This document shows, one piece after another, positions 7,120 to 16,618 of a stretch of DNA of 27,237 nt (positions are counted from its first letter, which is position 1; every line of letters begins with the position of its first letter). The position numbers were made by a program, and so were the translations under genes. The DNA lies in IMG/VR virus record IMGVR_UViG_3300025137_000229, positions 1 through 27,237 of that record. One strand, given 5' to 3'. The stretch is from a virus. The notes beneath the pieces were generated by a model. It ran no database searches. It had not been told where the DNA came from and saw nothing but the letters and a program-made list of their open reading frames with translations.

Positions 7120-7764
7120 ATGAAGGTCAAAATTAAGAAGCAGGGCAAAGTAAAAGAGTTCAAGCTAATCAATAAGTGGTCAGATGTAACTCTTGAAAAA
7201 TGGTTAAAATTAATAGACTTTCATAATGGAAGTAAGAGTAGTGAAGCAACAGAAACAATAGCAGCTTTGTCTGATATTCCTAAGAAGCTAATAAAGCAAC
7301 TGGAATTAAAAGATGTAGCAGTTATAATGGGTAGAGTTGCTGAGTTACAACAGAAGCAGAATAGTTCTTTAAAAAAGATAATAGAGGTAGAGGGTAAAGA
7401 GTATGGGTTTCATCCTGATTTAGATAGTATAACATTAGGAGAATATGCAGATATAGAAACATTTATTAAGAATGATATTCAAAAGCATTTACCTGAATTG
7501 ATGGCAATACTTTATAGACCAATAACAGAACGTGGAGAAAATGGTGTATATACTATTGCAGCCTATGATGGTAATATACGGATTAGGACAGAGCAAATGA
7601 AGAAAATGTCAGCAGAGCAAGTGCAAAGTGCACTGGTTTTTTTTTATCATTTAGGGAACGTATTGTTAACGACTTTGCCATCATATTTGATGGATCGGCT
7701 CAAGGAAATGAAGATGCAGTCGCAACAGAATCCTTTGCAGAAAAATGGGGTTGGTTTGGAGTAA
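7120..7764 (+). CDS. Virion-assembly protein of unknown family; 0-frame product of a possible recoded gene
   Basis: 214-aa ORF, first gene of the long late operon. It contains a T9 run (7637-7645) at codons 173-176, where a long open -1 frame begins. Confidence 0.7.
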   Translation: MKVKIKKQGKVKEFKLINKWSDVTLEKWLKLIDFHNGSKSSEATETIAALSDIPKKLIKQLELKDVAVIMGRVAELQQKQNSSLKKIIEVEGKEYGFHPDLDSITLGEYADIETFIKNDIQKHLPELMAILYRPITERGENGVYTIAAYDGNIRIRTEQMKKMSAEQVQSALVFFYHLGNVLLTTLPSYLMDRLKEMKMQSQQNPLQKNGVGLE

Positions 7765-7901
7765 TGTATAGATTGACAAATGGTGAAATAGTAAACTTAG
7801 AAAGAATAACAAATCTTAGCTTGTTAGAATGTTTAACCTGGCTAAGTTATGAAACAGATTTAAACTCACAAAATAAAGTAAAATATGGCAGTAAGCAATA
7901 A
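7599..7901 (+). CDS. -1 frame extension of gene 7120 (100 open codons; first ATG only at 7764)
   Basis: The frame is open from 7599 to TAA at 7899-7901. It translates as ...GFFLSFRERIVNDFAIIFDGSAQGNEDAVATESFAEKWGWFGVMYRLTNGEIVNLERITNLSLLECLTWLSYETDLNSQNKVKYGSKQ. It is reachable from the 7120 frame by a -1 slip on G_GTT_TTT_TTT_A. Confidence 0.5.
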   Translation, partial: EENVSRASAKCTGFFLSFRERIVNDFAIIFDGSAQGNEDAVATESFAEKWGWFGVMYRLTNGEIVNLERITNLSLLECLTWLSYETDLNSQNKVKYGSKQ

Positions 7902-8433
7902 GACATATAATAACGTAGTTAATACAATAGCTAGACTAGGGCAATACCACGAACAAATATCTACAGTATCTATTGGAGATATATACGATATTAACTTAGA
8001 AAAGTTAGAGAAGTTTCCTTTGCTTCATATAAATCCAATAAGCGTAACAACAGGAGATTCACAGTTAGTATATAACTTTCAACTATTTATAATGGATATG
8101 GTAAGTGAAAAGAATGATTGGCAGACTAAACAACATTCAGAATTAACTAAGTTAATAGACACTAAAAGTAATGAGCAAGAAGTATTTAATCAATGCTTAG
8201 ATATAGCAACAGATTTTATAGGAATGTTAAGACATAGTTCAAGGCAATCACAAGAGGGTACAAATGATATTAATGCACCATTATACTTTACACAAGATCA
8301 GTTTACCATAGAGCCTTTCCAAGAAAGGTTTGACAATCTTTGTTGCGGTTGGGTGTTTCAAATAGGGGTTAAGGTTATGAATGACTTTGATACTTGTATA
8401 ATTCCTGTAACTGATTTAGGAGCAGGGTACTAA
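7885..8433 (+). CDS. Hypothetical virion/structural-module protein
   Basis: 182 aa with an ATGGCA start after an A-rich leader. No family recognised. Confidence 0.7.
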   Translation: MAVSNKTYNNVVNTIARLGQYHEQISTVSIGDIYDINLEKLEKFPLLHINPISVTTGDSQLVYNFQLFIMDMVSEKNDWQTKQHSELTKLIDTKSNEQEVFNQCLDIATDFIGMLRHSSRQSQEGTNDINAPLYFTQDQFTIEPFQERFDNLCCGWVFQIGVKVMNDFDTCIIPVTDLGAGY

Positions 8434-8500
8434 TGAAATTTAGAATAGGTAAATATAGAATAGAAATAGGATTTTTTAAAATAACAATAAAAATATAATT

Positions 8501-8950
8501 ATGGCAGATTTAGTAACAACCTTATCAGAAAGTGTAACCTTAAATGGTTCTGTAAGAGGTTCATCAAACTCAGTAACAACAACAGGAATAGTAGATGTAT
8601 TTGAAAGGATATTAACTTGTACCCATTCACAAACAACAACTGTAGCGGTTTTTAATTCAACACCTCACGGAGCAGCAGGTGCTTTAGATGTAGAAAATTG
8701 TAAGTATTTAAGGATAACAAATTTAAGTACAGATCAAGATATGAAAGTGGCTTTAGTTACTGCTAACACAAATTATCAAGTAACTGTAAGAGCAGGTGGT
8801 TCACATATACTTTTTCAAGCAGAAGAAGCATTAATAGGAGAAACAGATGCAAGTCCTGCTTTTCCAACATTAGAAGATATAGTTACTGTGCAAGTAAGAC
8901 CAGCAGCAACAACTGATGTGCAAGTAGAAGTGTTTGCAGGTCTTGTATAA
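8501..8950 (+). CDS. Hypothetical beta-rich structural protein
   Basis: 149 aa, Thr/Val-rich, with an ATGGCA start after an A-rich leader, which suggests high expression. Confidence 0.7.
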   Translation: MADLVTTLSESVTLNGSVRGSSNSVTTTGIVDVFERILTCTHSQTTTVAVFNSTPHGAAGALDVENCKYLRITNLSTDQDMKVALVTANTNYQVTVRAGGSHILFQAEEALIGETDASPAFPTLEDIVTVQVRPAATTDVQVEVFAGLV

Positions 8951-9477
8951 TGAAAACCGCTAATATAGAAAGGTACTTAAATAGCTTTGGTAAGCAAGTA
9001 GTAAATAGAGCAAAAGGCAATGTTCAAAAAGCTAAAGGAGGTGGAACGGCTTTAGAACAGTCTATACGTTTTGAAATTGTTACTGATAATGATGGCTTTA
9101 CAGTACAATTCTATATGGCAGATTATGGAACATTTGTAGATAAAGGTGTTTCAGGAAATAAACAACAACAAAAATTTAAAGATTATAAAGGCAAAGTTAT
9201 TACAAGTCCTTATAAATATACTACCAAACAACCACCACCAGGATTATTAGCTAAGTGGATAAGTAAAAAAGGAATAAAAGGAAGAGATAAAAAGTCAGGC
9301 AGATTTATAAGCAATATGTCTTTAGCTTTTATAATAGGTAGAAAAATTAAAAGAGATGGAATTAAAGGAATTAGTTTCTTTCAAAAACCATTAGGATTAG
9401 GACTTAAACAATTTGGAAAGGATTTATTAAGTAATGTAAAAGAAGATATAATAGAAGGTTTAACAACAGTAAAATAA
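8950..9477 (+). CDS. HK97 gp10-like head-tail joining/tail-completion protein (tentative)
   Basis: FGKQVVNRAKGNV.KAKGGGTALEQSIRFEI......V.FYMADYGTFVDKGVSG resembles the gp10-family pattern (ak.nap..tG.L..sI......v.....Ya.fvE.G). Confidence 0.45.
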   Translation: MKTANIERYLNSFGKQVVNRAKGNVQKAKGGGTALEQSIRFEIVTDNDGFTVQFYMADYGTFVDKGVSGNKQQQKFKDYKGKVITSPYKYTTKQPPPGLLAKWISKKGIKGRDKKSGRFISNMSLAFIIGRKIKRDGIKGISFFQKPLGLGLKQFGKDLLSNVKEDIIEGLTTVK

Positions 9478-10898
9478 TGGCATATTCAAATTCAACAATA
9501 GAACAACAACCACTTTACCAACAATTACCTGTTGGTCAAGAAATAATATTTGTAGTTTCTAACGTAAGTTTAGTATCTAATGAAACAAAAGTTAAGTTTT
9601 GTGCTGAAGTACATATAAGTGATTCTACACCACCAAATCCTAGTGTTGCTACACATTTAGTAGGAACATTTAAAACAACACCTAATAATGCAGGTGTTGG
9701 AATGTTTGACTTTAGAAATATTATTGAAAATTATGTATCAGCAGATAATCTAGCATCACAAGGAAGTTCTTATAAAGGAACAGTAGTTACACAAGTAAGT
9801 CCAAGACCTATACATATAGTAGATAAATATTCATTAAGCAATAACACAACTAGATATATGACTATGCAGTTATATGCGGAATATTTAGGGGCAGACCCAT
9901 TAAGACCAACAGTAGTTAGTAGAGCAACAGGTACTTCTGTTAATTCAGATTTATTTACTTTGTTTAATGGTTACTTAAAATATACAGATATACTCACTAT
10001 GGGTGGCACTAATAATCCTGCTGATTTTGGTTATAGCTTAAGCACTTTTAATTTAAGTTCGCAGACAGATAAGTTTCTTTCTAATGCACCTCAAACTCAA
10101 GAATGTCTTATTAATGATTATGGAACATTATCTTTTTTAGCCCCTAATGCTAATGTAGAACTAATATCTTTAACTTACAAAGATGTATTAGGAGATGTTA
10201 TTGGTACAGAAACTGTAAATAGAACAGAAGAAAATGGTGCTTATGATATTTTTACTTCAGATGTTGCAAATCAAATAATTCACTTTGGATGTTTTCCAGC
10301 AAACTTACAAAATTGGTCTACCCTATTTAACTCCTCAACTATTATAGATCATATTGAGGGAGGTTCTATAGAAGTACAAGCAAAAGACTTATCAGGAGGG
10401 AGAGAATCAGCAAGATATACTATTAATGTAAATTGTCCTAATCTTAAAGGTTATGAATCAATTAGACTTTGTTGGCTGAACCAATGGGGTGTTTGGGATT
10501 ACTATACATTTACTCAAAAATCAATAAGAAGTTTAACTACACAAGGAACTACATTTGAGCAATTAGAGGGTAGTTGGAATGAAAGCAGATATAGAATAGA
10601 TAGCTATAAAGGCGGAAAGAAAGCATTTAGAGTTAATTCTACCGAACGTATTTCTATGAATACAGATTTTGTTAGTGCAGACTTCAATACTATGTTTGAA
10701 GAATTAATTAACAGTCCTGAAGTTTATATGTTAGATGGTTATCAATCAGACACTTTATCTTCAGCTTTAAATCAATATGTAACTCCTGTAAGGCTTACAA
10801 CATCAAGCTTTACAAGAAAGACAATAGCCAATGACAAACTAATACAGTACACATTTGAAATAGAAAAGAGTAAAACACTAAGAACACAAGCGGTATAA
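9477..10898 (+). CDS. Virion structural protein (tail/baseplate-like, family unknown)
   Basis: 473 aa with a TAATG overlap. Ser/Thr/Asn-rich composition typical of tail proteins. Confidence 0.6.
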   Translation: MAYSNSTIEQQPLYQQLPVGQEIIFVVSNVSLVSNETKVKFCAEVHISDSTPPNPSVATHLVGTFKTTPNNAGVGMFDFRNIIENYVSADNLASQGSSYKGTVVTQVSPRPIHIVDKYSLSNNTTRYMTMQLYAEYLGADPLRPTVVSRATGTSVNSDLFTLFNGYLKYTDILTMGGTNNPADFGYSLSTFNLSSQTDKFLSNAPQTQECLINDYGTLSFLAPNANVELISLTYKDVLGDVIGTETVNRTEENGAYDIFTSDVANQIIHFGCFPANLQNWSTLFNSSTIIDHIEGGSIEVQAKDLSGGRESARYTINVNCPNLKGYESIRLCWLNQWGVWDYYTFTQKSIRSLTTQGTTFEQLEGSWNESRYRIDSYKGGKKAFRVNSTERISMNTDFVSADFNTMFEELINSPEVYMLDGYQSDTLSSALNQYVTPVRLTTSSFTRKTIANDKLIQYTFEIEKSKTLRTQAV

Positions 10899-13546
10899 TG
10901 AGCATACAACTAATAGTTTACCCACAAAGTTTTGATGGTTCACCTAATCCTATAACAGGTTCATCATCACAATTTATAGTAGATGGAATTAATTTTGCAA
11001 CAGTAAATACATCAACATCTTCTTTAAGTTTACCTGCACCTACTTTTACATCAGCTATAAGCAATATGTCAGTTATTCCTATTAATAGTTGGTATAGGTT
11101 TAGTGGAGATGGTTCAGCAGTTACAGAATCATCAGGAGCAATTACAATTGGAGCTTCAAAAGGTATCATACAACAAGTATCTAATTTATCAGTTGGAGTA
11201 ATGTATGATTTTACAATAGATGTTGGTACTTATGCTTCAACATTAGAATTACAACAATATACAGGAACAGTATTAAAAGCAACTTTTCCAATATCATCAT
11301 CAGGAATTACCACTATACAATTTGAAGCACAATCTACTGCTGATACACTTTTAATTTATAGCACAGCAACCAATGTTATAAATAGTATATCTGTATTAAA
11401 CTCATCAATACAACCATCAGGTGCTATACAGTTTTTAGGAAATGGTCAAGTTATTTGCGATTTATATGAAGATGAAGATATACCATTAAGTCTAAGTGTA
11501 GATGATTTTAAAAATGTAACTGAAAAAGTACAATCATATTCTAAAGCATTTAACTTACCAGGAACAAAAAGAAATAATAAAATATTTGACAATCTATTTT
11601 CAATAACAAGGTCAGATGATGGTGTTATTTTTAACCCTTATGTAAAGACACAATGTAAATTAAAGCAAGATGGCTTTATATTGTTTGAAGGCTATCTAAG
11701 AATGATAGATATACAAGATAAGCAAGGTGAAATAAGTTATAATGTAAACTTATATTCAGAGGTTGTAGCATTAGCAGATGTTTTGCAAGATAAAACATTT
11801 GATGAATTAAATTTTGATGAATTAGAACACGGCTACAACAAAACACAAATAAAAAATAGTTGGAATGATTCAGGAACCCCAATAACTTGGACTAATTCAG
11901 GAACTTCAGGTTTTAGAAATTTTGCCACATTAAAATATCCTTTTGTAAATTGGACTAATCAATGGGTTATAGCAAATAATCCTGGCGGCACTTCTGGTGC
12001 TACTGACCTTAATCCTCAACTTATATCTTTAGAACAAGCCTTTAGACCTTTTATAAATATTAAATATTTAATTGATAGAATATTTACACAAGATGAATTT
12101 CCTTTTAGTTATGAAAGCACTTTTTTTGAAACTGATGATTTTAAAAAATTATATATGGATTTCAATTGGGGTGGAAATGCAATGCCTTCTACTGAAAATC
12201 AGTATAATGGATTATGGCTATCAACAGGGAATAATGGTACAGGTTCTTTTAAAGAATTGAGATTACAACCAACATCATTATTAGGTCTAGCTAATTCTAC
12301 AGTTCCACCTAATTACAATACAAGTACATATATTATTACAGCTACAACAGATAATGAAATATATGATATTAGTTATAATTTTAAATTAGAAAACACAAAT
12401 ACAGGAATAGTTACAACTGTAGCTTGTAGGTGGATTCTTAATAGTACTACAGTAATAAATTTAATACCTTCTATTGCAGGTACATCCACTATAACTTATG
12501 CAGGTTCTTTTCAAATAGCACTTCAAACAGGAGATACTTTAGCTGCACAGTTTGATGCAACGGCACTTGTTAGACAACATCAAACCCTTGCAAGTTCTGT
12601 TGTTTTTGTTCAATCTAATAGTACAGTAACATCAGGAACATTAAAAACATTAAGAGGAGCATTAGGGCAATGGGAATTTTTAAAAGGGATAACTACTATG
12701 TTTAACTTAGTAAGTATTCCTGACAAAAGCAATCCTAATCATATTACGATAGAACCATATAATGATATATTTTTAGAAAACACGGATAGTAAGCAATTAA
12801 ATTGGACAGATAAAATAGATGTAAAAGAAATGAAGTTAGAGCCATTAACTGACTTGAATAAAAATACTATATTCAAATTTGTAGAAGATGATGATGATTT
12901 TGCATTTCAAAATTACAAACAACAAGTGCAAGGACATTTATACGGAAGTCAGAAATGGAACGCAGGTTCAGGGTTCACAATTTTGTCAGGTGAAAAAGAA
13001 ATAGTAGCAGAGCCTTTTGCAGCTACATTAATAAAACCATTAGCAGAACAGTTCTCAGGTTTTATAGTTCCTGCTATTTATTCTTATAATTCTGATGATG
13101 GAACTTCAGAGGGGTTTGACAACAGTCCTAGAATTATGTTTAATAATGGCATTAAAGAATTAGCTTCTTCTACTTATTATATACCTGCACAAAATGGGTT
13201 ATCTAGTGAAAACCAACCTGAATTTTTGCAATTTAGTCATTTAACAGATATACCTACTGTTGCAGGTACTACTATAGATTTTCATTTTGGAATTTGTCAA
13301 TTAATACAACCTATTGGGGTTTCTGTAACTGACAATTTATTTAATTTATATTGGCTACCTTATTTTGGAGAGCTATATAATGCAAACACAAGGACAATGA
13401 CAATTAAAGTTAACTTAACTCCTGGAGATATATCTACGTTTAGGTTTTATGATACAGTTATAATTAAAAATAGAGAATTTAGAGTTAATCAAATAGACTA
13501 TAAGCCAAACGACTTAGCAACAATAGAATTTATACTTATACCATAA
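10898..13546 (+). CDS. Large tail protein (882 aa; tail tip, hub or fibre-like)
   Basis: The largest ORF. TAATG overlaps on both sides. Ser/Thr/Asn/Gly-rich beta-type sequence. Confidence 0.6.
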   Translation: MSIQLIVYPQSFDGSPNPITGSSSQFIVDGINFATVNTSTSSLSLPAPTFTSAISNMSVIPINSWYRFSGDGSAVTESSGAITIGASKGIIQQVSNLSVGVMYDFTIDVGTYASTLELQQYTGTVLKATFPISSSGITTIQFEAQSTADTLLIYSTATNVINSISVLNSSIQPSGAIQFLGNGQVICDLYEDEDIPLSLSVDDFKNVTEKVQSYSKAFNLPGTKRNNKIFDNLFSITRSDDGVIFNPYVKTQCKLKQDGFILFEGYLRMIDIQDKQGEISYNVNLYSEVVALADVLQDKTFDELNFDELEHGYNKTQIKNSWNDSGTPITWTNSGTSGFRNFATLKYPFVNWTNQWVIANNPGGTSGATDLNPQLISLEQAFRPFINIKYLIDRIFTQDEFPFSYESTFFETDDFKKLYMDFNWGGNAMPSTENQYNGLWLSTGNNGTGSFKELRLQPTSLLGLANSTVPPNYNTSTYIITATTDNEIYDISYNFKLENTNTGIVTTVACRWILNSTTVINLIPSIAGTSTITYAGSFQIALQTGDTLAAQFDATALVRQHQTLASSVVFVQSNSTVTSGTLKTLRGALGQWEFLKGITTMFNLVSIPDKSNPNHITIEPYNDIFLENTDSKQLNWTDKIDVKEMKLEPLTDLNKNTIFKFVEDDDDFAFQNYKQQVQGHLYGSQKWNAGSGFTILSGEKEIVAEPFAATLIKPLAEQFSGFIVPAIYSYNSDDGTSEGFDNSPRIMFNNGIKELASSTYYIPAQNGLSSENQPEFLQFSHLTDIPTVAGTTIDFHFGICQLIQPIGVSVTDNLFNLYWLPYFGELYNANTRTMTIKVNLTPGDISTFRFYDTVIIKNREFRVNQIDYKPNDLATIEFILIP

Positions 13547-14406
13547 TGCCAACAATACCATATTTAAACGGATATTCCATAAAGCCTAAAACAGTTTCAG
13601 CAACAGGCACAGTTACATTTACGGATGGAACTAATGATATTATACCTAATCAACAGCAATGTGAGGTATATGGATTTACTTATGATAAAGCAACAGGTAC
13701 TTGTATGGCATATCAATATAATACAAATATAAATAGAAGTGTTGTTGATGAAAACAATAACATTCAAGGTTCAGATAATATAGTTCAGACAGGAACTAAT
13801 AACACCTATATAATGGGTGAAAATAATACTGTTAAAGGATTATCAAGGAATAATATAATTGCAGGAGTAAATAATGAGATAGAAAATAGTATTAATAATA
13901 CAGCAGTATTTGGTGTTGGTGGGCAAAGTATATTTAATAATGCTATGATTTTTGGTGGTAATAATCAAGATGATAGAGCAGGAACTAGACAAACAATAAA
14001 ATTAATGTATGGATGTCAAACAACTAACAATTCAACTACGGATAGCTTTCCAAACAACTCAGTAAATACAGAAGTATTTTTTAAGCCACAAGTCAATAGA
14101 GTTTATTATTTCCAATCAGAAACACTAGCTGTTAGAGTAGGAGGTACAAGTGCTTCAGGTGCAGTTGGAGATTTTAAGGCTTGGGTAGAACGAGGTGTTG
14201 TAAAGTGTAATGGAGTTGGTACATTAAGTATAGAAAGATCAAGAACATCACCTGCTAGTAGTGGAACAGTATCAGGGTGGAGTCCAATTAATGCAGTAAA
14301 TGTTGCAGATTTTAGACAAACAGTAAAAGGAGCGAATAATATGACAATAGAATGGGTAAGCACAATAAGATTTATGCAATTATTTACAGGGGTTACATTA
14401 CCATAA
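13546..14406 (+). CDS. Tail fibre/spike protein with Asn-rich beta-helix-like repeats
   Basis: Repeated N.I.G.NN motifs (NNIQGSDNIVQTGTNNTYIMGENNTVKGLSRNNIIAGVNNEIENSINNTAVFGVGGQSIFNNAMIFGGNNQ). Confidence 0.55.
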   Translation: MPTIPYLNGYSIKPKTVSATGTVTFTDGTNDIIPNQQQCEVYGFTYDKATGTCMAYQYNTNINRSVVDENNNIQGSDNIVQTGTNNTYIMGENNTVKGLSRNNIIAGVNNEIENSINNTAVFGVGGQSIFNNAMIFGGNNQDDRAGTRQTIKLMYGCQTTNNSTTDSFPNNSVNTEVFFKPQVNRVYYFQSETLAVRVGGTSASGAVGDFKAWVERGVVKCNGVGTLSIERSRTSPASSGTVSGWSPINAVNVADFRQTVKGANNMTIEWVSTIRFMQLFTGVTLP

Positions 14407-14419
14407 AAAAAATAAAGAT

Positions 14420-15835
14420 ATGGCAGATAAAATAGTAGTAGAAGCAGAAGTTAAATCAAATATAGGTGAAATATCAGAAGATGCAAGTTCATTAGCAGGA
14501 GAGTTTAAAATAATGGGTGTTTCTTTAAATTCTGTTAAAGCAGGATTTGTATCAATTGGCAAAACAGCAAAAGCATCATTTGCAACTATAAAGGCAGGTA
14601 TTGCTTCAACAGGAATAGGGTTTTTAGTAATTGCTTTTGGTTCCTTAGTAACATTTTTTACTAAGACTAAAAAAGGAGCTGAAATATTAGAAGTAGCATT
14701 TGCAGGGTTAGGAGCAGCCGTAAGTGTTATAGTAGATAGAGTATCTAAATTTGGAGGTGCTATTGTAAAGCTGTTTCAAGGTGATGCTAAAGGTGCTTTA
14801 CAAGATGTTAAAGGAGCATTTACAGGTATTGGAGATGAAATTGCGAATGATACAAGACAAGCTATTGAATTAAAAAAAGCATTTCAAGATTTAAGAGATA
14901 GCGAAAGAAGCTTAAATGTAGAAACTGCACAAAGAAGGGCAGAAATAGAAGCATTAAAATTAATAGCAGAAGATGTAAGTAAATCAGAAGAAGTCAGATT
15001 AAAAGCAGCACAAGATGCTTTTGCAATAGAAAATAAATTATTAGCTGATAGAGTAGCTAATGCAGAAGAAGCAGTAAGAATACAAAAAGAGCAAAACGAA
15101 ATAAATCAAAGTATGGATGTTGATTTAGATGCTCTAGCACAAAAAGAAATAGATTTAGCAAACATAAAAGCAGAATCTACTACAAAACAAATTGAACTAA
15201 ATAATAAAATCAATGCAATTCAAGCGGAATCAGCAGCAACAAGACTTGCAGAATTAGAAGCCTTAAAAGAAGCAGATGCTATAAGAATGGGTGAACTTAC
15301 AGAAATGCCTAGATTAGCAACTGAAGTCAATGACCAATTAATACAAGCTGATGAAAATTATACTAATATTGTTATGGGTAATGCTAAGAAAAGAACAGAT
15401 TACAATAAACAATTACAAAATCAACAGTTAGCTGCAACAGCAAGTTTTGCAGGAGCATTAAGTTCATTAGCAGGACAAAATAAACAGTTAGCAGCAGCAG
15501 AAGCTTTAATTAATACATATTTAGCAGTACAGCAAACTATGGCAGATAAGGCTATACCATCAACTGCAATAAAATTCTTAACAGCAGGAACAGTATTGGC
15601 TAGTGGTTTAGCTAATGTACGTAGAATATACTCTACTCCTGTGCCTGGCGGTGGCGGAGGTGGTGGTGGTGTAGTTGCTGCTGAAACTCAAACTCCTGCT
15701 CCTCAAATGATGTCAGGAGCATTTGAATTAAGTGGAGGTCAAGCACCTGAACCATTAAGAGCTTACGTATTAACTGATGAAATGACTAACAGTCAAAACC
15801 AATTAGCAAACATAAGAAGAAGAGCAACAATTTAA
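14420..15835 (+). CDS. Tape-measure-like or internal virion protein (hydrophobic segments, long coiled coil, Gly8 linker)
   Basis: Hydrophobic stretches (GIASTGIGFLVIAFGSLVTFF, AFAGLGAAVSVIV). Ala/Glu/Lys/Gln-rich helical middle. PGGGGGGGV encoded at about 15652-15675. Confidence 0.45.
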   Translation: MADKIVVEAEVKSNIGEISEDASSLAGEFKIMGVSLNSVKAGFVSIGKTAKASFATIKAGIASTGIGFLVIAFGSLVTFFTKTKKGAEILEVAFAGLGAAVSVIVDRVSKFGGAIVKLFQGDAKGALQDVKGAFTGIGDEIANDTRQAIELKKAFQDLRDSERSLNVETAQRRAEIEALKLIAEDVSKSEEVRLKAAQDAFAIENKLLADRVANAEEAVRIQKEQNEINQSMDVDLDALAQKEIDLANIKAESTTKQIELNNKINAIQAESAATRLAELEALKEADAIRMGELTEMPRLATEVNDQLIQADENYTNIVMGNAKKRTDYNKQLQNQQLAATASFAGALSSLAGQNKQLAAAEALINTYLAVQQTMADKAIPSTAIKFLTAGTVLASGLANVRRIYSTPVPGGGGGGGGVVAAETQTPAPQMMSGAFELSGGQAPEPLRAYVLTDEMTNSQNQLANIRRRATI

Positions 15836-15839
15836 AAAT

Positions 15840-15872
15840 CAAATAAATATTAATTTAATCTATTATATAGTA
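15840..15872 (+). promoter_or_regulatory. Late motif copy 3: CAAAT-N14-TCTATTATATAGT followed directly by ATG
   Basis: CAAAT at 15840-15844. The core starts at 15859. The A of ATG 15872 completes the 14-nt core. Confidence 0.55.
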
Positions 15873-16594
15873 TGCCTTGTGAAAAATGTAAAGATGGAAA
15901 AGTAAAATGGGGAAAGACAGGAAGCTGTGAGTATGACACAATAGCTGAATGTGAAGAAGCCAATAAAGACTATTATGAAAAGACTACTTCTATTGTAGAA
16001 TTAGTTATTAATGATGATAGTCAAGAATTAGCGATAGATGCAATTAGTTTAGTGTCATCACCTGCTATTGAACAAGACTTTGTGTTCTTTGGTAAAGAGA
16101 AAAACAACTTGACTTTTGCTAAAGTAGATGAAGAAAAGAGAATGTTAGTATCACCTGCTTTAATACCAAACAAACAGATATTTAGATATGATCCTAATAC
16201 TGATTCAGAATACTATGTTTACTTTAGCCCTGAAACAGTAAAAAAATCTTCTGAACTTTATTTAAAACATAACAATCATCATAAAGCTACATACGAACAC
16301 AACGAAAGAGTTTCAGGTGTATTAACAACTGAGAGTTGGATAATTGAAGATCCTAAAATGGATAAGTCAAGACTTTATGGCTACAACTTACCAAAAGGTA
16401 CTTGGATGGTTTCTATGAAAATAAATAATTCAGATTTATGGAATAAGATAAAAGCAGGGGAATTAAAAGGTCTTTCTATAGAAGGTTACTTTACTGATAA
16501 AATGGAAAAGATGTCAGAAAAAGAACCAACTGATGAAGAAATACTATCAGCACTTAACGAAATAATAAACGAAAATCAAACAAACTCAAAATAA
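15872..16594 (+). CDS. XkdF-like prohead serine protease
   Basis: LVSSPAIEQDFVFF...EKRMLVSPALIPNKQI.R........YYVYFSPETVKKSSELYLKH......T.EHN......V...ESWIIED...DKS......PKGTWMVSMKI.N.DLW..IKAGELKGLSIEG matches my recollection of the XkdF/Peptidase_S78_2 family. It lies just upstream of scaffold and capsid. Confidence 0.75.
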   Translation: MPCEKCKDGKVKWGKTGSCEYDTIAECEEANKDYYEKTTSIVELVINDDSQELAIDAISLVSSPAIEQDFVFFGKEKNNLTFAKVDEEKRMLVSPALIPNKQIFRYDPNTDSEYYVYFSPETVKKSSELYLKHNNHHKATYEHNERVSGVLTTESWIIEDPKMDKSRLYGYNLPKGTWMVSMKINNSDLWNKIKAGELKGLSIEGYFTDKMEKMSEKEPTDEEILSALNEIINENQTNSK

Positions 16595-16607
16595 ATCTAT
16601 TATATTA
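16577..16607 (+). promoter_or_regulatory. Late motif copy 4 (variant): CAAAC-N14-TCTATTATATTA
   Basis: CAAAC at 16577-16581 and the core at 16596-16607. It lies 11 nt upstream of ATG 16619. Confidence 0.45.
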
Positions 16608-16618
16608 AAAAAGAAACT

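Noticed and set aside
8433-8498. 21-aa ORF (MKFRIGKYRIEIGFFKITIKI) and AGAATAG-type short repeats in the 8434-8500 spacer
   Set aside because: The ORF is too short and low-complexity to support as a gene. The repeats are imperfect and A/T-driven. The stretch is more likely just the leader of the strongly expressed 8501 gene.
12072-12260. 62-aa + strand ORF inside the 882-aa tail gene
   Set aside because: It is out of frame within a continuous long ORF. Its Ile/Leu/Met-rich translation is typical of an AT-rich off-frame, and it has no independent start context.
13171-13185. Partial late-motif match (tacTTATTATATAcc) inside the 882-aa tail gene
   Set aside because: It lacks the TCTA 5' part, the AGTA 3' part and the upstream CAAAT element. 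It is also not followed by a gene start.
15652-15675. GGC/GGT/GGA run encoding Gly8 in the tape-measure-like gene, considered as a slippage or phase-variation site
   Set aside because: The codons are mixed rather than a true homopolymer or perfect trinucleotide repeat, so slippage is unlikely. It is most simply a flexible linker.
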